NCBI GenBank assembly: GCA_965112155.1
Contig: OZ218099.1
Reading direction: 5' to 3' (one strand)
Source: Podarcis liolepis
Lineage: Eukaryota
DNA length: 64,000 nt
Shown here: positions 25,244 to 39,000 of the stretch, in pieces
Position numbering within the stretch: position 1 is the first letter of the stretch
Layout of the letters: every line of letters begins with the position of its first letter
Position numbers and translations under genes: made by a program
Notes under the pieces: model-generated
Told to the model about the DNA's origin: nothing
Seen by the model: the letters and a program-made list of their open reading frames with translations, nothing else
The model's database searches: none

Positions 25244-25892
25244 AAAGGAAGTAAGGTGGCCCTTTTGAAGGAAATGCTGTAAAATAAATTTTGTTTTGAG
25301 GCAGATATGCCATTGATACTAACCCTTCACATGCCCACATCAGAAGATAATTTAAAAACACCAGAGTCCTGGTGGTGACACCCTAAAGATTAGCAAATGT
25401 ATTGTGACATAAGCTGCTTTGCGCGAGAGCCCACTTTATCAGATGTAACTTATGAAAGCTTTTGTCACAATACATTTGATCTGATAATCTGTTTAAAACA
25501 CAGATGACACAACAGTCTTGAAATTGTATATTGCTATGGAATACTATAAAGGCCAAGTAGAATAGCATTTTATAAAACTAATCTAAGAATATGCAAATAT
25601 TAATTCAATTTAATATTTCTAATATTGTGTAGCACGTGTAGGTATAGAAATCACCCACAGAATGAAGCTAAGATCTCCTGTATCACTTACAGTACAATCC
25701 TATCAGTATCTATTGAGAAATAAAAGTCACTGCATTGAAAGGCATTTACTCCTAGGTGAGTGTGTTTAGGATTGCAGGTTTGATGTCATAAGAGAAGGAT
25801 CATGGTAACACTCATCCTAGATCTTTCTACAAGGATAGATAGATAAAAAACTTTCCATGATCCTTCTGTTATGACATCAAAGCTACAAGGAA

Positions 25893-26055
25893 GGGCTGTA
25901 ACTCAGTGGTAGAGCGTCTGCTTTACATGCACAAGATCCCAGGTCCGATCCCTTGCATCACCAGGTAAGGCTGGTCCACATCCCTGCCTAAAATCCTTAA
26001 CTGCCTGTCATTGTAGACAACAGTGAGCCAGTGTCAGAGCTTGCACATAACTATG
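25893..26055 (+). mobile_element. tRNA-derived SINE (squamate family distinct from Sauria); other copies ~41430-41520 (+) and ~44492-44645 (-)
   Basis: Head GGGCTGTAACTCAGTGGTAGAGC...GGTCCGATCCC (A/B boxes) followed by the shared body CCAGGTAAGGCTGG...GTAGACAA. Confidence 0.75.
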
Positions 26056-26979
26056 TCAAGAGCATCGGAAGAGGCTTGAGAAATGTGGGGCAGAGAGCTA
26101 TAACTCCATTTTGCTTGCCTTGCACTGGATGCTCATGCAACTTTTGCCATTATGACAGCTTAAACCCAAGTTGAGAGGATCCAGCTGCAATTTTTAAAAA
26201 TGCATTTAAAGTTCCACAGCTCATGACTCATTGTTGCCAAAACTGATTAAGATGCTTTGGATGGTAAATTCTAACCTCTTGTTCTCTCCTCAGTCCCTCA
26301 TATCTTCCCTCTTGGCTATGTGTCTCCCCCCACCCCCACATCTTCTCTACCTTCGGTCTCACACTTCTCTTTCTGCCCAATCCACCTCTCACATCTGTGA
26401 GCATCCCCTTCCCACCCCTCCTCCCTAACACACGCGCTCTTGCGGCGAGCTTTCACCGCCTGAGGATAGCATAGCTGCCTTAACTTATTCCTCCAGCACA
26501 TTCCGTTTTTTAAAATGAAAATAGTCCACTTCAAGTGACCAAAACGTTTCCAAACTTGGCATACGTTCTATCCAAGCCTACATTAATCATGAGCGAATTC
26601 TAATATTACTCAACATTAAGGCAGCTGCTGAACATGGAAAGGCTACTAGAACTACTATTCTTACAGTAAAGAGCACTAAGCACTTTCTTAAGAGAAAGTT
26701 GAGGCGATATTCCTATATGCGTGCACGGCTAGGCAGGAGCAAGTCCCATCAAGTTTGATGTGTTCCCTCTCCCTGGCAATTGGGTTTAGGAGAGCCCTCT
26801 TACCGGCGCTCCTCTTGCTTATATTTTGCAGTCATTTAAGCTCTCAGCTGAATGCTCGCGGGCTGCACTTTTCCCGTTTCATTGCAATTCGACTCCACTG
26901 TTTACATTTTCCCTATCCACACCCGTGTGTGTTTGTGTGTTTTATACGTCTGCCAAATGGGGGCTAACATTTCATGGGG

Positions 26980-27990
26980 GGCGGGGTGATGAGCTTATGC
27001 CACAACAATACCGCACCGGCTCGCCTTCGCAGCGCTGCGGGGCTCTTTGTGGGCCCACGTCTCTCCCTCATTCCTCTTCTTCCGCCTCAGAGCAGGCGGC
27101 ACCTCCGCCGCGGCCGAGCCAGGCCCTGAGCGGCTCCCCCGGCGAGCGGCCCCTTCCTCTCAGGCGTCCGCCTGCCGCTCCCTTCCTCCTCCTCCTCCTC
27201 CTCACAGACCAGCCGCCTCCCCTCCCCCCGGCCTCTGCCTCTCCTGCTCGCTCCCGCGGCGCGTTGGCCCAGACCAGGAGCGCGCACGTCGCCGCCACGG
27301 CTCCCTGCAGCTGCTCCGGCCCGGCTCTCGCGGCCCGCTCCGCCGTCTCAGCTTCTGCCCCGCTGGTCTCGCTCTCTCTCGCCCGGCCGCCTGCGACGAA
27401 GGAAGCCGGCGGCGGCGGGGAGGGGCCCCAGCGCCCCGCGACGCGTCCCTCCGACGACGACGACGACAACCCTCGTCGAGCTCGCGCCTCGCGGACCGAG
27501 CCACCAACCGCCGCCGCCTTGTCCCCTCCCCTCCCCCTCCGCCCTGCCAAGAATCCCTCAGGTAGGAGCCGCCCCGGGCCTGCGAGTGCCGCCCGCTTCT
27601 CTCCTGTTCTCCGCCGCGCAAGATGGAGCCTCACCCAGCTGGCTCCAAAGAAAGGAAGGCAGGAAGGAGAACGCCTTTCTCTCTCCTGGCGCCTTTCGGG
27701 CGCAGTCGGCGGAAGGCAGCACCCCCTGCGCCTCCCTCCTTCTTGCACCCCGGGGTGCCCGTGGGGTTTAGCGGGGTGGCACCATTTCCGCCGCTTCCTC
27801 TAACCCCCCCCCCCGTTTCTGTATCAAATTGTACAATTAGGTGGGTGGAATTGAAGGACCCTTCTTTCGCTGGGTGCCCGGAGAATAGACACCCAGACAG
27901 GGCAGCAGTAGGTTGAACTAGATCTGGACAGCCTTTCCCCCCCTTTTTCCTCCCCTCCTTGTAGGCGAGACGGGGTGGGTGGCTTGGTCG
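26980..27990 (+). promoter_or_regulatory. C5orf24: CpG island: promoter and non-coding first exon of C5orf24; likely donor CAG|GTAGGA after 27561
   Basis: Very high GC and CpG density; only island upstream of the C5orf24 coding exon; TSS not determinable. Confidence 0.8.
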
Positions 27991-27993
27991 GCA

Positions 27994-28021
<28 letters not shown>
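27994..28021. repeat. (CA)n microsatellite at the edge of the CpG island
   Basis: Direct reading. Confidence 0.95.
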
Positions 28022-28024
<3 letters not shown>

Positions 28025-31000
28025 TCATTTGTTCTCTTCAAAGGCCCTCACAAAATTACAACTACGACTTTTTGTGGTGGTTGAAGCCATGTAAATTTGC
28101 AACATCGCCGCAGCCACCCTTAGTTGTGCCGCGTCACATAAATTTAACTAAATTGAAACAAAAAAACCGAATGCTAAAAAACCTAGGGGGAAAAACGGAG
28201 GGAAGCCTCGCCTCTCCTCGGCTTCTGCCTATCATCCAAGTGTGAACAAAAGGGCTATGTAGGTGAGAGAGCATGTTGTTGTTGTTTAGTCGTGTCCTTA
28301 AAGGGTAACTTATTTAACTAGCCAGAGTAAGGCAGATGCGGAGTCTTAACAGCTTTTTGGCCCAAGTGGAATGATGGAAAAGCTTATCACTCCCATGCCC
28401 CAAGACCTATTTAATTTCCCCCAGTGCTGATAATGAGGCACCATCTAATATAGACACAGAACGACTGTGTTTTCCCTATGAATGTCCCAGGAAGGACAAT
28501 AATGCTGCAGTATGGGGTCGGAGGGGAAAGCAGGGATAAGCTTCTGTCAGTCTGCCCTCTATTCCTGAACTGCTATGGTCACTCAGTAGCAGGGAAAGAT
28601 ATACATTTTGTGGTTTTTATAACAGTATCTCTCTAGAATTTGTCTTGTTAAGTGTCCTATTAGTTAACCAAGGCACTTTGAGCTGTTCTCTTTGTGTGTG
28701 ATTTCTTGTTTATATCTAACCAACTACATGTTTAATGAAAAAAATACCTGTCCCTGTATTTTGCACATATGTGTAAGCATACCTTTAATATATGGGACTG
28801 ACAAATATTTGCATTGCTAGTTACTTAAATATTACATTGATTAGTGCTACCCACATTTATTAAGACCTGCTGCTTAAGTGCATCTCATTAGACCATTACA
28901 TGTATAGCATTAGTGTGTGCTTTAGAATTGTTTTATGGGATCCAAATTTATGCTTGTAAACATTTAAAATGCAATCCTAACCCCCAATCCGTGCTTCTGG
29001 AGGGGAGTAGGAGCCAATGCATATTCCTGTACACTGTTTTCTACACTTGCAGGGTATCTGGTACTTCTGGTGCTACAGAGTATCTCACTGCAGCACAGGC
29101 GGGATGGCAGATGCAAATGTATTATTGGTGATGGATCTGCTGGAGGACCCCCATACCAAGGTGTTTGGGGTGGAACTGGAGTAACAAGAATCCTCTGTAG
29201 CCTAAGCTAGTCCACTTCCCAGAGAGGGGTCCCAATTGGGTTCCTCTGCTGCACCAGTCTGCAGCAAAAATTGTGATTTCAGTCTCTCCATCTTCCAGTC
29301 TAGCCGATGCAAGTAGGAGGGTTTTGGAGACACCAGTGATTCTATCACTCCATTTTGCCCTGCTGTTTCCCATCCAGAGGTAGGATTGCTCCCTTAGGCT
29401 GCAATCCTATACACACTTATCTGGAAGTAGGTCCCAGATTCTTGTGTGGTTTACTTTTGATTGCACTATTATTATTGTCATGCATTTAGCTTGTACATAT
29501 TTTAAGATTAGATGTTAATTTTATGGTAGATGTTTAGGAAAAGTCTTTCTGCTCATGCAGATATAAGAAAATGTTTGTTGAACATCTTAGGTTTCAGCAC
29601 AGTCTTTGCAAAACTAGTGAAGAGCATGATAAAGTACAGTCTCTGGCATGTTTCAGAGTTTTTCTGCTATTGATAGTGCCTTTATTTTGCATCCTCAGAT
29701 TTTTATTTCGAGGATAAAATTAGACATTTGAGCATATGTCAAGATCCCAGTGGAAGCTATTAAATTTGCCTAAGAATGTACATCAGACTGATTTTATCTC
29801 CAATACCCATTACAATATGAGAATCCCAGTTGCAATGTTTTTTGTTTAATGGTAAAAGCCAAAAAAGCAGCATGCCAACTGTCCCGTCCCCCCAGTCCCT
29901 TAGGAGTGAAGTTGATTAGGCCAGAAGATATCTGCTTGCACAAATGCCCTGTCTATTAGAGGAGTTCCTATAAGAAAGCATTCCAGCCTGCATTTTGACA
30001 CAGCAGGCTGGAGTGCTTATTCACCAGACTACTTTGGTGGGAACCATTTCCATCAATCTCCCTCCTGAATGAACAGGAATGATGGGAATTGCAGTCTATG
30101 CTCTTGAAGGGCCAAAGACTTTCCATTCCTGACATAAGGCATGTTTTGTGGCCACATGGGGTAGCACCCTCTGGCTCTGGTCAGTACCCAGATGGAAAAT
30201 CACCTGTATCCTCCTCTCTGAGTAATGGAAGAAAGGCAGGATACCAGATGTTATAATTGATTTATAATAATGCTTGTTCTGCTCTTTGCTACTGGAACTG
30301 CAAAGAGCAGCATACAAACTTCCTGGGACAAGGTGGAAGAGTTCTATCCTTGACCAGATAGCAATTTTAGGATTGATAATAGAGTTGTTACCGGATTAAA
30401 GAGATATCAATTGATTAATTGTACGAGTCTTTGTCAGTTAACAGAGTACACTTCCATATGGTAAAAACAATAGAATGGAAACAAGATGTGTTGTTAATGC
30501 ATACTCACATATGTTGTATGTGTACTTTATAAGAGACATTCCTATGTTACATGAAAGGGAGAACACCTTTTAAAATACTTGCTATTTGCAGTTTTATGAC
30601 TTTTATAAAATATTTTGCTTAAAAATATGCTGTCTGATTAATCCAGGTAACTTTTCCGGCCAATTAACAGTTCAGTTCTATATGTACCTACTTGGAAGTA
30701 AGTCCCATTGATTTATTTGCAGTTTCCTTCCAAATAAATGAATTAAGTGGGGGAAATGATATATTCATAAGACTTAGTCACATATAAGATTGCACTGTAA
30801 AAGTTGTTAAAACTGATTAAACATTATAGCTTCTTTATTTAATCATGTATGGCCTGCCATTTTGTTAAATTAATGTTCAATTCAAGATACTGAACCTGAT
30901 TCACTGCTGCTTCTTATCAGTAGCATGAAGCAAATAGTAGCATAAAGCTAATCTAACATTTCCATTGTTTGGGATATTTTTAACTAGAGGAAGTTGCATA

Positions 31001-31494
31001 TACACCTTTCCTTCTATTAATAGCCTGTATAACTTTCTCCTGTATCCATCTCTTTCCCCCATTTGTCCCTGCAACAATAAAATGTTTATCCACAAAGAAT
31101 AGTAGAATAATATTGCATCAGCCCCATGTCCTAAGTGAGGACCTAGTTCAAAGTACTGATTTTAATCTTTAAAGCGCTTAATTGCTTTGAAGCAGGTTAA
31201 CTGAAAGATCACATTTTCTCACATACACCTAACTGAACATTGAGATCCCCTTCAGAGGCCTGCTTCAGTTGCCCTTGCCAAGTAAAGTAAGACAGTGGCT
31301 ACCAGGTCTTTTTTGTGCTAGCTCCTCAACTGTTCAATGCCCTTCCTAGAGAGGAGCAACTGGCACCTTCTTTATGGCCATTCTAGGACCATGTGTTGCC
31401 CTTAGCAGCAGCAGCAGCAACAACAACAACAAACCTGTGTGAAATTAAGTGTTTTATACTAAACCACTCTTGAGTGTTGTGATTTTTTTCAGTA

Positions 31495-31720
31495 CAGTGG
31501 TACCTCGGGTTACATACGCTTCAGGTTACAGACTCCGCTAACCCAGAAATAGTTCTTCAGGTTAAAAACTTTGCTTCAGGATAAGAACAGAAATCTTGCT
31601 CCGGCGGCGCGGCGGCAGCAGGAGGCCCCATTAGCTAAAGCGGTGCTTCAGGTTAAGAACAGTTTCAGGTTAAGAACGGACCTCTGGAATGGATTAAGTA
31701 CTTAACCCGAGGTACCACTG
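31495..31720 (+). mobile_element. Tc1/mariner (pogo/Tigger-like) MITE, 226 bp
   Basis: Perfect 18-bp TIR CAGTGGTACCTCGGGTTA; TA TSD. Confidence 0.92.
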
Positions 31721-32084
31721 TAACTTGGTTTCATTATTTCCCCTGGATATTTAATGGCAAGTTGTTATATATTTTTGTTACATTTTATTTTATCATTTTT
31801 GTGAATCGCCCATAATTCAATGTTTTTAAGTGGAATTAAATTATTAAAGTAAATGATGATGGTGATGGAATATACATGGTGTCCTCACATGCTTCTGGCT
31901 AAAAGTAAAACATTGGAAGTGTGCCTGCTGCACACTATGACTGCATGCAAGACAAATGCCCTACTTGGAAGTTATATATAATATGTATTTATAATACACA
32001 CATTCTGCATTGTCATGTATATACTTGATAGGAAGCGTTGATAGATGCCAGCTTCCTATGGTGTGTATTACACAACATGTTTTG

Positions 32085-32450
32085 ATTTATTTATTTATTT
32101 ATTTATTTATCTATTTATTTATTTATACATACATACATACCCCACCCATCTGGCTGGGTTTCTGGGTGGCTCCCAACAAAACACTAAAAACAAAATAAAA
32201 CTTCAAACATTAAAAACTTCCCTAAACAGGGCTGCCTTCAGATGTCTACTAAAAGTCAGATAGTTATTTATTTCCTTGATATCTGATGGGAGGACGTTCC
32301 ACAGGGCGGATGCCACTACTGAGAAGGCCCTCTGCCTCATTCCCTGTAACCTCACTTCTTGTAGGGAGAGAACTGCCAGAAGGCCCTTGGCGCTGGATCT
32401 CAGTGTCCGGGCTGAACTATGGGGGTAGAGACACTACTTCAGGTATACTG
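32085..32450 (-). mobile_element. L2-type LINE 3' end with (TAAA)n tail
   Basis: Reverse complement of 33750-34056; (TTTA)n at 32085-32125. Confidence 0.85.
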
Positions 32451-33749
32451 AATGACTAGGTGCATGTGGGATTTATGCAACTCCTTACTTTGAATTCATT
32501 TCAGCATAAGAAGCTTGTTGTACATGAAGCAGCACTGCATGAAAAGCTATCTGGAAGCCAGTGTATAAGTGGCCTTGATCAATCTACATTACAACAAAGC
32601 CACTGGCATAGCTGCTGCTGAGGTTAGTGGAGAAATCCTCCACAGACAGTGGGGTCTCCAGTGAGCACCATGACACTTTGAGGATAGATGATCCTAAATT
32701 GTTACATTGACAAGGTCATTGATAATAAAAGGGCTTGTGCTTCAAATGGTTGATCATTGTTTCCTAATTGGATGACCTCTTGTTAAGACACTGTATTTCA
32801 ACATCACTTTGAAGGCCAGATTAAACGTTGACTGGTATACCATTAGCACCTCTAGTTTACCCACCTTTCTAAAATGTTCTTCAGTAGACAGGTCATGTGT
32901 TGAAAATTAATGTAAGTTTTTTTTGGGGAAAGTTAAGCCCCTTTGATGGAGAAATTATTGAATTAAATAGTTCAGTGTCATCTTTCTAAGCAACAATGTG
33001 GTTTTCACAGATTGCCGAACAATTACAACATAAGTAGATTGGTGTGTCATATTACTTAATTATTTCTAGGCCAAGTTTAATAACAACATTTCCATAAAAA
33101 TTCCATTGATGCCATTGCTTTTGAAACAATCTGGGAAAAGAACAATCCTTTCATAATAATGCACCTGTTTAATGAATGAGCTTTTCTTAAGATCAGAGAT
33201 GACATACTGATTTACTTTTGGTATATACTCAAATATTCTCTAAAATAGATAAATATTTCAAAGCTTACATTCATTTAGAAACTTCCATTTTGTTTTCAAC
33301 CTGGATACCAAGACCACTGTTAGTATTTTGGAAATGTAGACTAGAGCATCATCTTTGAAGGAAAGAGACCTAGTATAAACAAGAAGCAGCTATACAAACA
33401 ATCAGTAAACAGAGAAAGAATTACACCACTACTGAGTCCATATTATGAGACCAACCAGTTAAGAGGCTTTTAAGAGACTGATAAACAATGGGTCACATCA
33501 AACCTTTGGTTTGATTGAATCCTCATCAAAACCAGAAGGATTTACATGGGAGATGTCATATCTCTCTATCTATGAATGAATAGGAGAGCTGCTTCATAAC
33601 AAATTCATCATACCTATGCTGAAAAGCAGGAAAGAAAAAACAATGTCTGGTACTTCGTAATTGATTCTACTGGCCTCCCATCCTGAGTTTGCGAATATAG
33701 GCAGGCACTGTAAATTTGGGGCATTAAAGAGAATACGATATTAGAAGAC

Positions 33750-34056
33750 ACTGAGATCCAGCACTGAGGGCCTTCTGGCGGTTCCCTCATTGCGAGAAGT
33801 GAGGTTACAGGGAACCAGACAGAGGGCCTTCTCAGTAGTGGCGCCCGCCCTGTGGAACGTGAAGGAAATAAGATGTGAAGGAAATAAGCAGCTATCTTCT
33901 TTTTAAAAGACATCTGAAGGCAGCCCTGTTTAGGGAAGTTTTTAATATTTAATGCTGTATTGTTTTTAACACTTGATTGGAAGCTGCCCAGAGTGGCTGG
34001 GGAAACTCAGCCAGATGGGCAGGGTATAAATAATAAATTATTATTATTATTATTAT
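33750..34056 (+). mobile_element. L2-type LINE 3' end with (TTA)n tail
   Basis: ...AGGGCCTTCTCAGTAGTGGCGCCCGCCCTGTGGAAC... (RAFSVVAPALWN), 3' stem-loop CCCAGAGTGGCTGGG..CAGCCAGATGGG, tail. Confidence 0.85.
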
Positions 34057-34919
34057 TCTATAATGATATATGCCTTGGAATGGGGAAGATAGTTTAATTT
34101 CCTATGGATGCAGAAACACTTTCTTAATGAAAGCTAAAATATGAGAGCTGACCCTGCATCCTTAACTATCTTAGAATAGAGAATATGAATACAGTTGAGA
34201 GAGGACTGGTCTTTAGTATATAGGAAAACATGGAAATTGATTGTGGCAGAGAAATTGCAGCAGTCCAGAATTCACTGTAGACTATCCACTCTTAAAACCA
34301 GTTTCCAGATGCACAATATAAGCTGTATTAAAACCATTACCCTCAATTTATGGCAGGGCTGTGTGGCCAAAGTAATGTGCTGCCACTTGTGCAAACACTT
34401 TCTGGTCTATTTTTCCAGGAACTAATCACAAAGCAACAAATAAACATTGACTCCCAGTTAGCACTTCTGAATAGTGCTTCTAAAATGACAGATATTAAAA
34501 GTAAAGCTCTGATTTTTATCTACTATTGACAGTCTGGTTTTGAAAAAAGACTATAAAAAGAGCCAAAAGAGAGTATGCAAAATGTGAAGTATTATGTCAG
34601 AGAAGCTAACATAAGCTGAGCATGGGGGGGGGGCAAATTATTTTTGGAATGGTTTGATTTTATTATTTATATTCACACACACAATATAAACAATGGAGTA
34701 CCACCATAAAATATCTATGTCCTTTTAAATGTGTTTGTTGGAAGGGAGGTTATTGGTTTGTTCTTGTTCTTGTTTTTATTATGTATTTTGTGTTCTCATT
34801 TTGTATCTTTATGTTGTGAACTGCTCATGATCTTCAGATGAAGGGCAGTATAAAAATTTAAGAAATAGAAATAAAATAAAATGTCAGTATACACTTACTG
34901 GAATGGCTTTTTCAATTCT

Positions 34920-34999
34920 TAGAATCATAGAATCATAGAATCATAGAGTTGGAAGAGACCACAAGGGTCATCGAGTCCAACCCCCTGCCAAGCAGGAAA
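34920..34999 (-). mobile_element. CR1-type 3' end with (ATTCTATG)n octamer tail
   Basis: AGAATCAT x3 followed by AGAGTTGGAAGAGACC...GTCCAACCCCCTGC; similar at ~44003-44070, and at ~44320-44455 on + with a tRNA-like head. Confidence 0.8.
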
Positions 35000-35467
35000 T
35001 TCTTGGTCATGTCAGATATACCTGAAAAGAACTAAGAAGAAAAATATGAAAAAATACAGTCAGTAGAATCCTAGCCCCTGAAACATTATTTTTTATCTTC
35101 CTGTAAGTTTTATGATTATGAAACCAATAAAAATCAATTTAAAAAGAAACTTTCGGTTCACTGTGATTTTTTTTAAAGCACCTATCATTGCAATGCTGAA
35201 ACTCTGTGTAAGATTTATTTGTGCTAAATCAAAGATTAATGCAAAAATGTAAAATTAGCAGAAACCTATGCTGTAATACATTGATAGTGTTTTGGAGTAG
35301 TATTTGATTAATGAGTCTGTTGATATTCATGATGTATTGTTTAGGTGTTGGTTTGTGCCCTGTGCTGATTTGTCTAATTTTGGAGGGCATTGCAAATATT
35401 TCCCTGCTGAATGCTACCTTTTTTTTTTTTTTTACATCTCTCCCTCTTTCTCTCTCTCTTTTGGTAG

Positions 35468-36037
<570 letters not shown>

Positions 36038-39000
36038 AAAACGAGGAATTAAGTAACATTTCCTCAGTAATTCTTTTTAAATTATCTGAGTTGTGGCATG
36101 TTTTTTTCACTTCTTTTGTAACGTTTCCATAACTTACTTTCCTACATTTTATTTTTTTTAAGATGTCATATCATAATCACTTAATGTTTCTTACGTTTAC
36201 AAGCGGACTCCTCAGTGGTGCCCTTGTCTATTTCCAGAAAATAATTACTAATATTCTAAGTGTCAAAGTTATTGTCTGGCCATTTTAGTTATGTGGTTAG
36301 CAATTCAACTAGCAGAATTCTGCATCCTAGGTTATTTATAGTCAAAATAAAGACTTGTTCAACAAGTAACCAGAAGAAACTAATAGAAACCAATTATTCA
36401 GGACAGCTTTACCAGGAATAGTTCTGTAAAGTTTGCAGTGTACGTGTCTCTTTTTTCTTTTTCTTTTTGTTAATAGGAGGAAGTAGAAAAAGAACTAAAT
36501 TTTCCACAATGGCTGGAACTTAACACGGACCTCAATATTTGTAGATACTTCAAAATTTCAAAACTATATTTTTTAAAAAGTGGTCATTCCAGGCAGTCAT
36601 TGCATTAAAGTGCTATCAGTTTCAAGTAATCCAAACATTTAAAAAAAATCCTATGTAGCACCTGATATATATCCAAAGTGCTATTTTTCCATTAAAGTAT
36701 GGTAGCTCTCCTGCATATGCTAACTGTTGGACACTGACTTACAATTTATAAAAGCCTAAGACTACACATACCAAATCAAAAAGAATTAAATATTTGAAAT
36801 ATTTTATAATTTAACTTCTAAAAAGTGCTATCAAATATGCAAATAATGTACAGGTGTAGTAAAAGTTGTGGCTGAGATTCTGCACATTTGTGTGCTCCTA
36901 AATCCAGTCCATTTCAGTGACATTTGCCATACACAGATATATGTGAGATTTGCCCTGTGTTCTCAGATCTGTCAATAAATATACACATTTTAAGTGACTG
37001 CAATATCTGCATAGATGGCAGCAGTTTTTTAGGATTTCAAATATTTGGTGTGGTTGAAAATTATACCTTTCAGATAGATAATCTTGTCATGTTTAATAAT
37101 TTTGCCAGTGGAAGTCTTATTTATCACACATACTGTAGCTAAGAGAGCGTATATCTACCAAAGGATGACATTTCATGGATCATAATTGGAAATGATACAG
37201 TTGATGCACAAGCAAGTTGCAATTTGATGTGTTTATAGACCCCAGATATATAACAAACTATTGGAATACATCTATGCATGGAGGTGCAGAACTATACATA
37301 CATTTTGCCATTTTGTGCACCTAAAATAAATGTTCTGCATTGAATTGGGTATGTGTTGTTATTTTTTAAAATGTGTATGTGTGAGAGAGAGACAATGTAT
37401 AATACACACATTACGTTGTAACTGAATAAACTCTCAATATTGAATATATTCCAAATATTTCTTTAGAACTAAAGCTATTCTGAAAATAAGTTTACATATA
37501 GTTATAGATTAAAAATTTAAATTTGTATCTTCAAATACGCAAGAGAGAGGTTATAGATAAATATTTGCAAATTCATGGGGACAGACTTCTTTCAGGTTAA
37601 TTAGAGAGATGAAAATGAACAGTATTGATTCTTTTCCTTTGTAAGATAAATATTGTGGCCTGCTGACATTTTGATGACAACTCTGATTTTAGTAATGACA
37701 ACTTAAGAAATGGATGTCATTTCATGCCTTTTTTATCAGGAAAAAAGCAGCAAGCCTTCAGGTGTTCCAGTGATGCCTAACTCATAATGAGCTGGACTTT
37801 ATCCTGTATTTTATAATAGGTGTGTTGAATTGTTTTGGGGGGACTTTGTATGCACTGGCAACCTTGAACCTCAACAGTACTGGAAGGCTCTTTAGTCATG
37901 TAAACTAATGGCAGCTAAATGCTGGTAAAATAATTTTTTGCTGAAGCTATGAAGTCCATTATATATTTCCTCAAGAAACTTCGGAATATGAAACTCTTAT
38001 TAATTTTCCCCACAGTGGTGCAACTTCTGACACACACAGTGCTAATGTGAGCTAGTTCACCCTCAGGACATATATTGTGTTGGCTGTTTTGTTAGATGGT
38101 TCTTTTTTTCCAACCCAGAGGCTGTTTCAGACCCTTTCTGAACTCTCTCTAGGAAAGCAGCTGAATGTAAAAACTACAAGAACGGCACACCTTACTGGCA
38201 AGGAGCAAGTTGCATGTCACCAATGTACCTTTGAGTAACTCTACTTACCTCCTCCTGTTTTTTCAAGCTACCCTTTTATTTCTCACGTGTGCATCTCCTC
38301 AATGGTGTCGTGCAGTGTGTTGGGAAACAACGCAGATGCATTATTGCTCTAGTATAATGAATTTTGTATTCACATATGCTGAGAAAATAATGAACTCATC
38401 TAAGCAATTTATGTTCATTTATAGTGCTTATTAATTATATCATATGGAAAACTTACCCATTAAAATAACTTAATATTGTAAGTTGGGAGGGGGGCCAGAA
38501 AAATCCTCTTTCATTTCTCTAAAGGGCAGTTTAGCGCCTGGATTTGTTAATGAGGCCAGAAAAACACTGTTGGGCATTTCTTGATTCCAGTTCATTTTAT
38601 CCTCTACTGCGGTTTACAAGTGCCATGCTGTGGGGGAAAACAGAAGTCAAGAACTTGAGATGTTTGAATGGTATATTCAAATATTTTTGCTACTCCTGTA
38701 TATAATCTCCAGAATACATTGTGTTTTTCTTTTTCTTTTCTTTTTTTGTAACACTGTCTCTTGTCATGACAAACACTGAAACAGCATGTTAATTCCTATA
38801 CTTTGATATTATTGGAGAGGGGGAGGAGGAATGTCCCTTTCTCCTTGTAGTATTAATACATGATTTGTAAAGCAAATTGATAATTTTATATTATATACCT
38901 TAATTCTGCTCTTCATAAGCTAGGATTGTTGATGTGTATTGGCACTGTTCAGAAAATCTACATGTCAAACTTGTGTTCACTTTTCTTTTGATTTAAAAAT

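Noticed and set aside
25893-25965. tRNA-like sequence
   Set aside because: Mismatched stems and B box, and it continues into a body shared with other dispersed copies, so it is a SINE head rather than a tRNA gene.
26826-28041. Long overlapping ORFs (325, 226, 172 aa and others) on both strands
   Set aside because: They lie in a CpG island where stop codons are scarce. They are low-complexity Pro/Arg/Ala/Gly with no recognisable domain; the region is explained as the C5orf24 promoter and 5'UTR.
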